From assembly GCA_037719805.1 (NCBI GenBank), contig JBBJLZ010000003.1: a stretch of 64,000 nt of DNA; one strand, 5' to 3'. Within the stretch, counting starts at the first letter, position 1; the number at the start of each line of letters is the position of its first letter. Made by a program: the position numbers and the translations under genes. A model generated the notes under the pieces. The model did no database searches and was not told where the DNA came from. It saw only the letters and a program-made list of their open reading frames with translations. Shown one piece after another: positions 10,716 through 20,697 of the stretch. The DNA comes from Pedobacter sp. GTDB taxonomy: Bacteria; Bacteroidota; Bacteroidia; Sphingobacteriales; Sphingobacteriaceae.

Positions 10716-10796
10716 TATAGAGGCTTAATTTAAGCTGATCTTAGATTTGGTAATTTATTACTCTCACATTTATATTTGAGTCTCGATATTTTATAA

Positions 10797-11135
10797 ATGA
10801 TAAAATTGTTTGTTGGAGGATTACCCCCTGAAGTTAAAGAACTAGATCTTGTGCAACTCATAGCTATCTACGGTGAAGTACAATCAATTAAAGTGATTAG
10901 AGATAAGCTTAAAGAACAATGTAAAGGCTATGCATTTTTAGAAATGAAAGACCACGAAGCGGCAAAAAATGTTATTATGTCTCTTAGCGGAGAATTGTTT
11001 AAGCGTAACACTCTTATTTTCAAAATAGTAGAGGAAAAACCTAAATTGGATAAAGTAGTTTTTAATAAAAATTCAAGCAAACCAAAAGATTTAAATCCGC
11101 CAAAAACAAAACGGCCTAGAAAAAGGGTTGTCTAA
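10797..11135 (+). CDS. RRM RNA-binding protein (paralog of 8934-9290)
   Basis: LFVGGL and KGYAFLEM motifs; basic C-terminal tail. Confidence 0.9.
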   Translation: MIKLFVGGLPPEVKELDLVQLIAIYGEVQSIKVIRDKLKEQCKGYAFLEMKDHEAAKNVIMSLSGELFKRNTLIFKIVEEKPKLDKVVFNKNSSKPKDLNPPKTKRPRKRVV

Positions 11136-11164
11136 GAAATATTACACTAAGCACTGAAAGTATT

Positions 11165-11181
11165 TGTCTTAAAAAAGGAAG
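11165..11181 (+). repeat. Isolated box of the element family
   Basis: TGTCTTAAAAAAGGAAG, the same 17-mer as at 19404. Confidence 0.65.
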
Positions 11182-11260
11182 ATTTTAACAGGTGGTATTA
11201 TGGAAAAGAATCTTAAAAGCCTAATTCTTATCTGTACCTGCTTAACTATCTTATGCAAAT

Positions 11261-11803
11261 ATGGAAAACATCGACAAACTTAAATATCCACTAGGAAAAT
11301 TTAAAAAACCAACACATATTGATAAAATCATTCTTCAGGAGTGGATTAGTATCATTGAAGACTTTCCGAAGAAGTTGAGAAGCGAAGTCCACAACTTGAC
11401 AGAAAATGAATTTGAGAAACAATACCGCCCAAATGGTTGGTCGGTCCGCCAAATTGTAAATCATTGCGCTGACAGTCATATGAACAGCTTAATAAGGTTT
11501 AAGCTTGCGTTAACGGAACAAATACCAGTCATTAAACCATATCTCGAAGATCTTTGGGCAGAATTATCCGACACAAAAATATTTCATGTCGAAAGTTCCT
11601 TAAAGATTTTGGAAGGATTACACGAAAGGTGGGTACACTTACTTAATAGCCTCTCAGATGAAGATCTCGAAAGACAATTCGAACATCCTGAAACCGGTGA
11701 ACTAGTTTCATTAAAAATTAACATTGGTATTTATGCTTGGCATTGTGAACACCATTTAGCTCACGTGAAAAATGCAAAATTAGATGTTGAAATAAACAAA
11801 TAG
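11261..11803 (+). CDS. YfiT/DinB family putative bacillithiol S-transferase-like metal-dependent protein
   Basis: KYPLGKF N-terminus, WSVRQIVNHCADSH and YAWHCEHHLAH motifs. Confidence 0.88.
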   Translation: MENIDKLKYPLGKFKKPTHIDKIILQEWISIIEDFPKKLRSEVHNLTENEFEKQYRPNGWSVRQIVNHCADSHMNSLIRFKLALTEQIPVIKPYLEDLWAELSDTKIFHVESSLKILEGLHERWVHLLNSLSDEDLERQFEHPETGELVSLKINIGIYAWHCEHHLAHVKNAKLDVEINK

Positions 11804-11850
11804 AACTTTGTGATCCATTTCAAAATTTAGATTAAAGAAAAAATTAAGAT

Positions 11851-11953
11851 CGTTAAAAAACGAAGTTATCCTTTCCCTGTCTTTCTTTTTAGCTGTAAAT
11901 TCTAAGCGTATTAAGTACCGCAAAGAGAAAATAAGTCTCTAAGAAAAGGAGGG
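11851..11953 (+). repeat. Box/palindrome/box element, copy 4
   Basis: AAAAAACGAAGT; TTTCTTTTTAGCTGTA 11882-11897; TACCGCAAAGAGAAAA 11916-11931; GTCTCTAAGAAAAGGAGGG 11935-11953. Confidence 0.85.
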
Positions 11954-12002
11954 AATAATGGTAAATCATATTAAGCCTAATCAGATAACCAGGATTATGA
12001 AT

Positions 12003-13364
12003 CTATTTACTGATATATTTATCAACTATAATATCTATCCATGCATTGTCTGGATAAGAACTCAGATCTACATCAGGCTTGATACCAGTATTATCTATGG
12101 GATTTGTATCTGTCCAATATGATTTCGTAGTAGGACGCATAAAAAAATAGTCCGGACATGGAAGTTTTTCCGGTTTGAACAATTCGCTATAATCCAGCGT
12201 ACCCGCTGTGTGCCTTCCATACACTCTTACTTTCATGCTATGTTTAGCAAGTTTCAAAAAATACTCTGAACTGCTTGCTGTGTTTTCATTTACAATTATG
12301 CTAATGGTTGCAGGATACTGATAGCTTTCTTTGAGGGCCATCTTAAGAGAGTCTCTTTGCACGAAATTTCCAATGTTTGCTACTAATTTAGGTAACATAG
12401 ATTGACGATATGGGCTCGTAGAGGTCTGATAATCTTTTATCAGATCTGCGGTCGAATATAAAAAATCGCCTGGTAATGAAAAGGGTTTTTCGTAGACAAG
12501 TCTCATTAGAGACAAAAATGAACTATTTCCGCCAACATTATTCCGTAGGTCTATAATCAAATTTTTAACTTTGTTCGCATTCACCTGAGGGATGACTTGA
12601 TTTACTATTATCGAGTCAAATTCTGTAGCATCCACCTTAAATGCTGGTATTCCTAAATAGTAAATATTGTCCGTTATCGGCTTATAAGTAAATTTCGAAT
12701 TATTAGGATATGATGAAGTTTTGATATGCAAATCATCTGTTTTATAAGCTGTTTTCTGCCAAATCCCATCTGGTTCAATTAGTAGGTTTCTTAACCTTCG
12801 TCCTCTTAGTAAGTCGGTAGTTAACCAGCTGTTGTATTTCCGAACCCTAAACTCATGTTCGTTTCCAATGAGTTCAAAATGAATATTTCCAATTCTGCCA
12901 GTGGGTTCTACAATATAACCTTTGTATGTAGATGAAGTACTTTCTTTCGATTCCTTTACAATCTTTACCCTCAGAGAGTCACTACTCCTTCGCCAAATAC
13001 CAATCAGTTGATCGGAGGTATCGTTAACCAAATTCTTTTTGTTTAGCACCTGTTTAGGTTGTGTCTTCCGATCAGTAAAAATAATATGGTTATCGTTAAA
13101 AAACCGAATATAGCCCTCAATTATATAAAAGCATTTTTCGCGATCTGCATTGGTAGATGCTTGTTCAATAGCTTTAGTTTTCAACTTCTTGTATTCTCTC
13201 TCATTGTATACCTTCAATTTTGCCTGGTAACCAGGATAATTATTTTCGATATCGAGTATAATTTCCTTTAAAACTATTGAGCAATGGCAATTATCTTTAT
13301 TTTGAGCTAAGGCATAATTAAAACATAAAACAAGTAGAAAAGAGATTGTAATTTTATATACCAT
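12003..13364 (-). CDS. Secreted S41 family peptidase
   Basis: IIDLRNNVGG, TASSSE and GRHTAG motifs. The signal peptide follows ATG 13364; the ORF-track extension to 13688 is probably spurious. Confidence 0.85.
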   Translation of the reverse strand: MVYKITISFLLVLCFNYALAQNKDNCHCSIVLKEIILDIENNYPGYQAKLKVYNEREYKKLKTKAIEQASTNADREKCFYIIEGYIRFFNDNHIIFTDRKTQPKQVLNKKNLVNDTSDQLIGIWRRSSDSLRVKIVKESKESTSSTYKGYIVEPTGRIGNIHFELIGNEHEFRVRKYNSWLTTDLLRGRRLRNLLIEPDGIWQKTAYKTDDLHIKTSSYPNNSKFTYKPITDNIYYLGIPAFKVDATEFDSIIVNQVIPQVNANKVKNLIIDLRNNVGGNSSFLSLMRLVYEKPFSLPGDFLYSTADLIKDYQTSTSPYRQSMLPKLVANIGNFVQRDSLKMALKESYQYPATISIIVNENTASSSEYFLKLAKHSMKVRVYGRHTAGTLDYSELFKPEKLPCPDYFFMRPTTKSYWTDTNPIDNTGIKPDVDLSSYPDNAWIDIIVDKYISK

Positions 13365-13572
13365 CTGACAATTTTTATAGAAGACGAAGTTTGAGATTAT
13401 AAAGTTGCATCTGAATTTTAGATTATCATTAAAGGGTGAAATAATGGAGGATACAAGGACCAGGCACAAGCTAGGAATTGTCTCAAAAGCGAAGATTTCT
13501 CTTTTTGCAGTAAAGCTGTACAGGCTAATTAATGATACCCTCTTAAAAATGGAGGGAATAATGAATTGTAGC

Positions 13573-14976
13573 CTATAGATTTCGGAATGCTTTAGCAGGA
13601 TTGATTTCGTTGACAACATTTGCTTCAAATTCCCTCCAGACAGATAAAGGAATTCCTGCTTCTTTAACAATATTTGTGAGAAAGGCATAATTAGAGTTCT
13701 GGTCTTTGTTTTTCAAGGCATTTTGTAAAACCCGGAATGTTTTCTCTTCACCTACTCTTTTTTCAAGAGCTAAAAGCACCAATGGTCCATAAGCATATCG
13801 ATACGCATCATCCATTTCGTCTTTATCAGTAAACTGAGATAAGGGAATGATCTTGTTTTCTGCAAGCAGCCCTTTTTTAAACTTTATAGAACTTCTAGTT
13901 GAATCTTTGCCATATTCATGTTCTGCTGCTTTCATGGAAAGATATTCTGCTGTCGATTCAATGAAAAAGTCTCTAAGCGTTGAATTAGGCACGAAGACAG
14001 CGCCAAAGTAATAATGGGCCAGTTCATGTGCGTAAAATGAGAACCTTACAAAATGATTCAACTTTCCTGTTTTTGGATCTATAGTTTTGCTAAATGGTAG
14101 ACCTGCCACTGCAATGGTTGGGAAAGTTACAAAGCCCCAGGATTGATTAGGTCCATAAGTCTGAATAGCTTTATGTTCTAAAAATATAATTTTTTCTTTA
14201 TACGGAACCTTTAATTTTTTTTCATAGAAAGTTTTTATCCCGGTTATTTGATGGTCGAACGCAGCAGCAATATCATCTTGCATTTTGGCATTCAGAAAAT
14301 CACTCCCGGGAAATTCCTGCTTACTATAATTCCCCATGAAAAGGAGCAAAGCCCTCGGTGTTGTGCTTTTAAAATTTGCAGAAGGACCAGGTTTGGCTGA
14401 AGTTCCGTTGATGTATATCGTCTTACAATCCTGACAGTCTACGCTAATATTATAGCTAAGTTTCTCTATTTCCCGGTCATGTTTGGTATCATATATTACT
14501 GGATACCACTTGCTCTCCTCGGTAGCTCTTAAGGTTTCACCATTAAATGCAATAATGGATTTATAGTCCACCAAGTTCATGGTGTCTGTATAAATTGGAA
14601 AAGCACCAGTATAGCTAACTCGGATTGTCCTAGGTGAAACAAGATAGCTTTGACTACGATATGGCCTATAATCCATTACATCTCCTAATGATTTGCTGTT
14701 GAATCTAACGAAACCGACACTGTCCTCCATAAATTTGATGTTCATGCCATGATGTAGACGTATTCTGAAAGCTGTATCAAGTGCTGGCAAGTTAGAAAGC
14801 TTTAAATTTGCCTGAATAGTGCCCGCTTTCATATTGATGGTCAGTTTTCCGGCAATAAGAGGAGACAGATCCTCGGAAAGAGATTTTTTAAAACCAAGGG
14901 ATGATGTTTTTTCCTGTGCTATGCTCGCTTGGATTGAAAGAATAAATAGAACTAGTAGTAGGTGCTTAAGAATCAT
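13573..14976 (-). CDS. Secreted M1-like (gluzincin) Zn metallopeptidase
   Basis: HELAH HEXXH motif with downstream ESTAEY glutamate; signal peptide. Confidence 0.85.
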   Translation of the reverse strand: MILKHLLLVLFILSIQASIAQEKTSSLGFKKSLSEDLSPLIAGKLTINMKAGTIQANLKLSNLPALDTAFRIRLHHGMNIKFMEDSVGFVRFNSKSLGDVMDYRPYRSQSYLVSPRTIRVSYTGAFPIYTDTMNLVDYKSIIAFNGETLRATEESKWYPVIYDTKHDREIEKLSYNISVDCQDCKTIYINGTSAKPGPSANFKSTTPRALLLFMGNYSKQEFPGSDFLNAKMQDDIAAAFDHQITGIKTFYEKKLKVPYKEKIIFLEHKAIQTYGPNQSWGFVTFPTIAVAGLPFSKTIDPKTGKLNHFVRFSFYAHELAHYYFGAVFVPNSTLRDFFIESTAEYLSMKAAEHEYGKDSTRSSIKFKKGLLAENKIIPLSQFTDKDEMDDAYRYAYGPLVLLALEKRVGEEKTFRVLQNALKNKDQNSNYAFLTNIVKEAGIPLSVWREFEANVVNEINPAKAFRNL

Positions 14977-15110
14977 GTCTACTTAATGTCTTTTGATATA
15001 GTGCCAAGTTAAAATAAAGGTTTGTATACGTTTGTTCTTTTTATAAATACCGTGGAATAATGGAGGATATAGTTTTGGCGCAAGCACGACTTGCCGCACA
15101 AACCGACATT

Positions 15111-15174
15111 ATTTGCCGTAAAGCTTCAATGAAAGTCAGTTCCGCCAAGCGTCTTTTTAAAGGAGGGAATAATG
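15111..15174 (+). repeat. Degenerate element copy
   Basis: TTTGCCGTAAA (exact reverse complement of the right-arm core), AGTTCCGCCAAG, then GTCTTTTTAAAGGAGGGAATAATG matching the 11935-11960 tail. A collapsed TTCTTTTAGTAAATTACGG follows at ~15212-15230. Confidence 0.6.
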
Positions 15175-15370
15175 ATAAAGTTCCAATTTACTTCGGTTGG
15201 GTGGCTGCAGATTCTTTTAGTAAATTACGGTAGATCAAATTTTGAAAAGCCAGGACAGTTTCATTCTTTTCAAATACTTAGGGACATATTATTATAATTC
15301 CTATTCAGGAAAGGTCATTTAGCACGTAACTAAAATTTTTATTATCTCGTCAAACCCGTAAATTTATTAC

Positions 15371-16672
15371 ATGAAGCATTTATATCTTTTAGTTTTCGCC
15401 CTTTTATTTCCGCTTTTGACTAAATCACAACACATCCAGACATCACTAATTTACACATCGGATATCGACCGTTTTTGGATAGCCTATGATAGTGTAAAGA
15501 CCACTATTGACACAGCCATTCAGAGAAATTATATGCAAAAGCTATATATAGATAAAGGATCTGAAGGACTACAAGCTTTTATGAAGGCGCGTGATTATGA
15601 CGCAGAACTTTGGGTTCACATTATAAATAAATATCCTAAGTTTTGGACTAGCATAAGAAAAAACACTTTGCAAGCTAAAAGGGATGCTAAGCGCATTGAA
15701 GTAAGCATTAATCAATTTAGAAAACTTTATCCAGAATTACGTCCTGCTAAGATGTATTTCACTATTGGAGGATTGCGGTCTGGTGGCACAACAACAAATG
15801 ATATGGTTTTGGTGGGAGCCGAAATTGCGACAGCCGACCAAACAACTGATGCTGCAGAATTAAGCGATTGGTTAAAAAATGTTTTTAAAAATCAGCAGGG
15901 AGCCAATTTAGTTAGCGTAAATGTTCACGAGTACGTTCATACTCAACAACAACCAAAAGGACAGACTTTACTTGCCCAGAGTATCAGAGAGGGTTCTGCA
16001 GACTTTATTAGCGAAGTAGTAACCGGAAAAATAGATAGCAGTGCTTATACTGTGTATGGAAGACAACATGAAGCCCGATTAAGGGAATTGTTCAAACTAG
16101 AAATGTTCAGTACTGAAACGTCTAATTGGTTGTATAATGGCTCTAATGCACCACATGCCGACTTAGGTTACTTTATGGGATATGCTATTTGCCAATCTTA
16201 CTACAAAAACCAGCCAGATAAGAGAAAGGCCATAAAAGATATTATTGAGCTGAACTACCAGAATTTGCAGCTTTTGAACGATTTTTTGACGGCTTCTAAA
16301 TATTATGACAAGCCTTTGAACCCAACCGAATTGCTTAAAGATTTTGAAGCCCTGAAACCCTCTGTTGTAAACCTCTCACCCGACATTAATTTAAAAACTG
16401 ACGTGGATACAACTTTAACTGAATTAACATTCAATTTTTCTCAAACGATGGGAGAAGGAAAATCTATCACTTTTGGTAAAGGAGGTAAAGATCACTTCCC
16501 ACTTACTAGTATTATTGGCTTCAGCGAGGATCGAAAATCTTTCAAAGTTAAGCTTGCCTTAGTGCCAGACAAAGATTATAATTTTGTAATTACTGGTAAA
16601 GGATTTAAGTCCAAAACTGGATACCCGCTTAAAGAATATACTGTTCAGTTCAACACGAAGAAGGCTAGATAA
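15371..16672 (+). CDS. Secreted DUF2268-like predicted Zn-dependent protease with C-terminal Ig-like domain
   Basis: HEYVH...REGSADF; LGYFMGY; Ig-like C-terminus; signal peptide. Confidence 0.75.
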   Translation: MKHLYLLVFALLFPLLTKSQHIQTSLIYTSDIDRFWIAYDSVKTTIDTAIQRNYMQKLYIDKGSEGLQAFMKARDYDAELWVHIINKYPKFWTSIRKNTLQAKRDAKRIEVSINQFRKLYPELRPAKMYFTIGGLRSGGTTTNDMVLVGAEIATADQTTDAAELSDWLKNVFKNQQGANLVSVNVHEYVHTQQQPKGQTLLAQSIREGSADFISEVVTGKIDSSAYTVYGRQHEARLRELFKLEMFSTETSNWLYNGSNAPHADLGYFMGYAICQSYYKNQPDKRKAIKDIIELNYQNLQLLNDFLTASKYYDKPLNPTELLKDFEALKPSVVNLSPDINLKTDVDTTLTELTFNFSQTMGEGKSITFGKGGKDHFPLTSIIGFSEDRKSFKVKLALVPDKDYNFVITGKGFKSKTGYPLKEYTVQFNTKKAR

Positions 16673-16712
16673 TTCTACATACAGCTTCCCTCATTCTTAT
16701 CAAAAAATGGTG

Positions 16713-18367
16713 GTGGCTGTTGCACAACTCCAATAAATGTAAAATTCTGCTTTTATAAAATTGCCAGAATGCGTAAATTAAAGGCATGCAAGGCAGAAGG
16801 ACTATACCGAAAAGCTGTTCACCAGCTTCCAGCTCTCGAGCCGGGTTCCCAAGGGAAACCTGTACCGCAAACTCCGCGAAACGCTTGATCTGAGCTTTTT
16901 ATATAAAGACACTAAAGAACTTTATGGCAAGACCGGAAACCCGTCAATTGACCCAGTGGTCTTTTTTAAGCTTCTGCTAACAGGCTATCTGGAGAACATT
17001 ACCTCTGACCGTAAACTTGTGGAGCATTGCTCCATGCGAATGGACGTGTTATATTTTCTTGGATTTGATATAGACGAAGACTTACCCTGGCATTCAACAA
17101 TTAGCAGGACAAGGCAGCTTTACCCGGCCTCACTGTTCGAAACATTATTCAACAAGGTATTTACCCTTTGTGTAAACAGTGGAATGGTTTCCGGTCATAC
17201 TCAGGCGGTAGATTCAGCGCCCGTTAAAGCAAACGCATCAATGGAAAGCGTGGAATTGAAAACACCAGTAATCTCTATTAATAACCACTTGAAAAAAGTA
17301 GAGGAAGAAAATCAGGAAGTTAAAAAGAATAATGATCCACCTAGCTCAGTGCAAATAACTGCGCCGGAGCACGAGTTAAGTCGGGTTAAAAAACGCCATC
17401 AAAACCTGCTTGATAATCCAGTTGGGGCACCCGGGGCATCACACGAAAAAGCACAGTTACTTAGCAACAAAACACATTACAATCCACATGATCCGGATGC
17501 CCGTATATCAGTAAAGCCTGGCAAAGCCAGAAAACTGAACTACCACTGCAGTATGGCAGTGGATACAGCAGAAGGTGTAATCTCGCATATTCAGGCAGAC
17601 TTCGCCGATGGCAGAGACAGCCAGTATCTCCCTAGCATTGGAATGCAGTTGCAAAACCGATTAAAGAAAAACGAACTATCAATGACGGACCTGATTGCAG
17701 ATGCAGGTTATTCTAACGGCTTCAATTACAAGTTTCTTGAACAAAGAAATGTTACCGGATGGATACCCGTATTTGGCATGTATAAACCTGAAATTGAAGG
17801 CTTTCCTTACAACAAGGAAAAGGATGAATACAGTTGTCCAATGAACAAGCCTTTACCATTCACGGGATTTCATACGAACAAGGATGGTACTGTATTGAAA
17901 AACTACTATGCAGCATCCAAGGATTGCAAAGTTTGCCCCATGAAATCTACCTGTGTACCAAATATACCATGCAGAAAGATCACCAGGACGGTTTATGACG
18001 AGCAGTATTTGAGGGCTTACAGCAGACAAAAAAGTGAACGAGGAAGACAGATGAAGAAACTCCGGCAAAGTACAGTGGAACCTGTCTTTGGAAGTTTGAC
18101 TCAGTACTATGGTTTAAGAAAAATAGGGGTACTTGGTAAAGCCGGTGCCCATAAAGTCATGCTGATGGCGGCAATTGCCTTCAATTTGAAGAAGTACCTG
18201 AAAAAAGGAAGAAGAAAGACTTCTAGCACCTTTCTAAAAGTCATTATAGACACCTTTCAGCGGTACTTATTAGCATTTTCAGTTAATCAGTATCAGTTGT
18301 CCTAAAGCCTGAATAAATGATCTGATAAATCGATGTTTAAGAAATGTAGCCATTGTGCAACAGCCAC
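16713..18367 (+). mobile_element. IS1182 family insertion sequence
   Basis: 15-bp terminal IR GTGGCTGTTGCACAA (16713-16727 / 18353-18367); 4-bp flanking duplication GGTG (16709-16712, 18368-18371). Confidence 0.88.
16786..18305 (+). pseudogene. IS1182 transposase with a frameshift at about codon 4-5
   Basis: The ATG 16786 frame (MQGRR...) stops early. The frame starting GAC at 16800 (DYTEKLFTSFQL...SIDPVVFFK) joins ORF 16956-18305, which has DDE-type motifs (AVDSAPVKANAS, ADAGY, RQSTVEPVFG). Confidence 0.8.
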
Positions 18368-18410
18368 GGTGGTTTTATGATAGGCTACTTTGGGTAGCAA
18401 TGCTAGATCT

Positions 18411-18511
18411 TGTCTCAAAAAACGAAGGAATGGCCCCTGCATTTTTCTTTAGCTGTAAATATGCAGCATCAACTACGCCCTAGAGAAAAGAAGTGTCTTA
18501 CAAGACGAATG
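18411..18511 (+). repeat. Box/palindrome/box element, copy 5 (clearest architecture)
   Basis: TGTCTCAAAAAACGAAGG 18411-18428; TTTTTCTTTAGCTGTA 18442-18457; TACGCCCTAGAGAAAA 18474-18489; TGTCTTACAAGACGAATG 18494-18511. Confidence 0.85.
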
Positions 18512-18514
18512 AAA

Positions 18515-19330
18515 TTAGAATTGCCCCCAGTCCAAATCTGCTTCTTCAACTTTCTTGCTCTTATTCTTTGCTTCCATTGCTTGAATAAACTTAACCATGG
18601 AGGAAATGTTACTGAATATCAGAACACTTTCATCATAATTTAGAATTTGGTTATCATGCGCATAACTTCTATTATTACGGATGTCATTAAAAGCATCCAT
18701 AATTTGGAAACTAAATTGCACTATCTTTTCTGCCATTGCAGATTCTAGAAAGCCCTTTTCTCTGATGGCTTTTATATATTTCCCAAACAGCGCGTTAACC
18801 GTTTCCCCCTTAGTTAAAGTAATTTTATGAAGGTCACAAAGTTCTTTCAGGAACTTAATTGTGTAGGTGTGTAATCTGTCGAGCGCAGCTTCTGGCTCGT
18901 TTTTTTCTATACTCTCTCGTATGAGTTTCGCTAGTGAATGGAAGTCTTTGTCTTCATTTGTAGCCTGGATGGCGTCAATATGTTCAAGAACATTTCCGCC
19001 ACTTATTAGACGGTCAAAGATTTTAGTATACAAGCTGTAATAATTAGAATCTCTTAATTTACCTTGTTGCTTATTGAAATCAACCAATTCTTCAAACAGA
19101 GCTTTGAGCAAAAGTCCAACAGTATAATCTGATTCAAGTTCAATAAACTTAAGTAAACGTTGCCCTTTTGATCCTGAGTTGTTCTCTGAATACTTCGGGT
19201 CATCAGCGTTCATTCCGGTTACATCGTATATGAAATCGTTAAAGCTAGGGTTTGAAAAGTTAAGAACATACCCGGCCTGGACAAGGTTGTCTTTAATAAT
19301 TTTCTTTTCCTGGAACGACAAGTTTGCCAT
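18515..19330 (-). CDS. Abortive infection family protein (AbiJ-like N-terminus, Abi_C/HEPN-like C-terminus)
   Basis: GYVLNFSN N-terminal motif, ALDRLHT, RNNRSYAH RxxxxxH-type motif; ATG at 19330. Confidence 0.75.
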   Translation of the reverse strand: MANLSFQEKKIIKDNLVQAGYVLNFSNPSFNDFIYDVTGMNADDPKYSENNSGSKGQRLLKFIELESDYTVGLLLKALFEELVDFNKQQGKLRDSNYYSLYTKIFDRLISGGNVLEHIDAIQATNEDKDFHSLAKLIRESIEKNEPEAALDRLHTYTIKFLKELCDLHKITLTKGETVNALFGKYIKAIREKGFLESAMAEKIVQFSFQIMDAFNDIRNNRSYAHDNQILNYDESVLIFSNISSMVKFIQAMEAKNKSKKVEEADLDWGQF

Positions 19331-19388
19331 GCGCCAATATACTAATAGTTGGATACCCAAGCAATTATTGGAATTAGCTTAGAGCAAC

Positions 19389-19421
19389 TTTCATCTGTAA
19401 TATTGTCTTAAAAAAGGAAGG
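19389..19421 (+). repeat. Partial element (degenerate left arm plus box)
   Basis: TTTCATCTGTAA directly followed by TGTCTTAAAAAAGGAAGG 19404-19421. Confidence 0.65.
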
Positions 19422-19618
19422 CTATCTCAAGCTTTTTTACGGGCTAATCTTAGATTTTTAAAGAAATCTAATTTTGGATCTTTTCTAATTCCTTCTCCTT
19501 TAATCGAACTTTCAGAAACTACAAGCGTATTATTATCAGTTAATACCGCTTCAAACGGAGTATTCTTGTAAGTGCGATTGTAAGCTTCCCGTAAAATCAG
19601 ACCATTCAAAAGTAGAAT

Positions 19619-20407
19619 TTAGCTGCTAATATCTAGCAACAAATCAGCTGGCGTTTTAAAGCCTAGTGCTTTGTGTGGCCTATGATTATTGTAATCATAC
19701 ATCCATTCTTCAGCTTTTTCTCTTACTTCGTCCAGTGTTCTGAATATGTAAGCATTCAATAATTCCCTACGCATACTCCCGTTAAATCGTTCCACATATG
19801 CATTTTGAGTTGGTTTACCGGGTTGAATAAATATCAAGGTAATCTTTTTCTCATTACACCAATCCCCTAGCTTATCTGAAATGAATTCTGGACCGTTGTC
19901 GACTCTAATCATGCTTGGTAGACCTCTATACTGCTCTAACGCTTCCAATGCTCTTACAACCCTATGAGCTGGTAACGACAGATCAGGCTCGATGCACAAG
20001 ATTTCCCTGTTATAATCATCTACTATGTTCAGTACTCGAAATTTCCTTCCGTCCCATAAGCTGTCGCTCATAAAATCGATTGACCATACCTGGTTGATGG
20101 CTTCAGGAGTAGACAGAATTTGTTTTACTCTGGCGGGAAGTCGTTTTCTTGCTCGCCGTCTTATATTCAATTTCATAGCAGTATAAACCCTGTATACCCG
20201 TTTATGATTCCAAAGAAAGCCTTTGCGTCTCAATCTGTGGTAACATTTCCAAAACCCAATAACAGCATGCTTTTCAACGAGCACTTTCAGCTCATCAATA
20301 ATCTCATCATCATCTTTCTGCTTATGAATATAGAAACAACTACTTCGAGGAACGTTTACACATAAACACGCCTGACGATGGCTGATTTTCTTGACCATTT
20401 CTTCCAC
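19619..20407 (-). CDS. IS3 transposase OrfB (rve/DDE), reached by -1 frameshift
   Basis: WSIDF, VDNGPEF and NAYVERFNG motifs; A7G slippery sequence at 20437-20444. Confidence 0.92.
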   Translation of the reverse strand: MEEMVKKISHRQACLCVNVPRSSCFYIHKQKDDDEIIDELKVLVEKHAVIGFWKCYHRLRRKGFLWNHKRVYRVYTAMKLNIRRRARKRLPARVKQILSTPEAINQVWSIDFMSDSLWDGRKFRVLNIVDDYNREILCIEPDLSLPAHRVVRALEALEQYRGLPSMIRVDNGPEFISDKLGDWCNEKKITLIFIQPGKPTQNAYVERFNGSMRRELLNAYIFRTLDEVREKAEEWMYDYNNHRPHKALGFKTPADLLLDISS

Positions 20408-20430
20408 CAGCCCGCGTTTTTCATCAGACG

Positions 20431-20697
20431 TTAACGCTTTTTTTCTACAGCTTCTTTAAAAGTTTCATGTACCAGACTCAGATTTGCATACATTTTTTTA
20501 AGCCGGGCGTTTTCATCTTCCAGCTCCTTTATCCTTTTCAGTTCGTTAACTTCCAGACCACCATAACGCTGACGCCACTTGTAGAAGGATGCAGTGCTTA
20601 CACCTAAATCACGGCATAGCTCATTAACATTCCTACCATTTTCATGTTCCTTGATTGCTTTGACAATCTGAGTCTCCGTAAATCTTGACTTTTTCAT
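20431..20697 (-). CDS. IS3 transposase OrfA (HTH)
   Basis: [17 protein letters not shown]...[10 protein letters not shown]...[12 protein letters not shown]. Confidence 0.92.
   Translation of the reverse strand: MKKSRFTETQIVKAIKEHENGRNVNELCRDLGVSTASFYKWRQRYGGLEVNELKRIKELEDENARLKKMYANLSLVHETFKEAVEKKR

Noticed and set aside
13365-13688. N-terminal extension of the S41 ORF overlapping the M1 gene
   Set aside because: The signal peptide begins at ATG 13364; the extension looks like chance open frame.
15078-15097. GCAAG-cacga-CTTGC mini-hairpin and the similar ACGACTTGGCGGAGCG near 21545 as oriT remnants
   Set aside because: Too short to support, and no mob or relaxase gene is present.
18411-18428. 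TGT-starting box as a Tn7/Tn5053-type transposon end
   Set aside because: All boxes are co-oriented with no inverted partner end, no target duplications are evident and no TnsABC genes are present. Not excluded as the origin.
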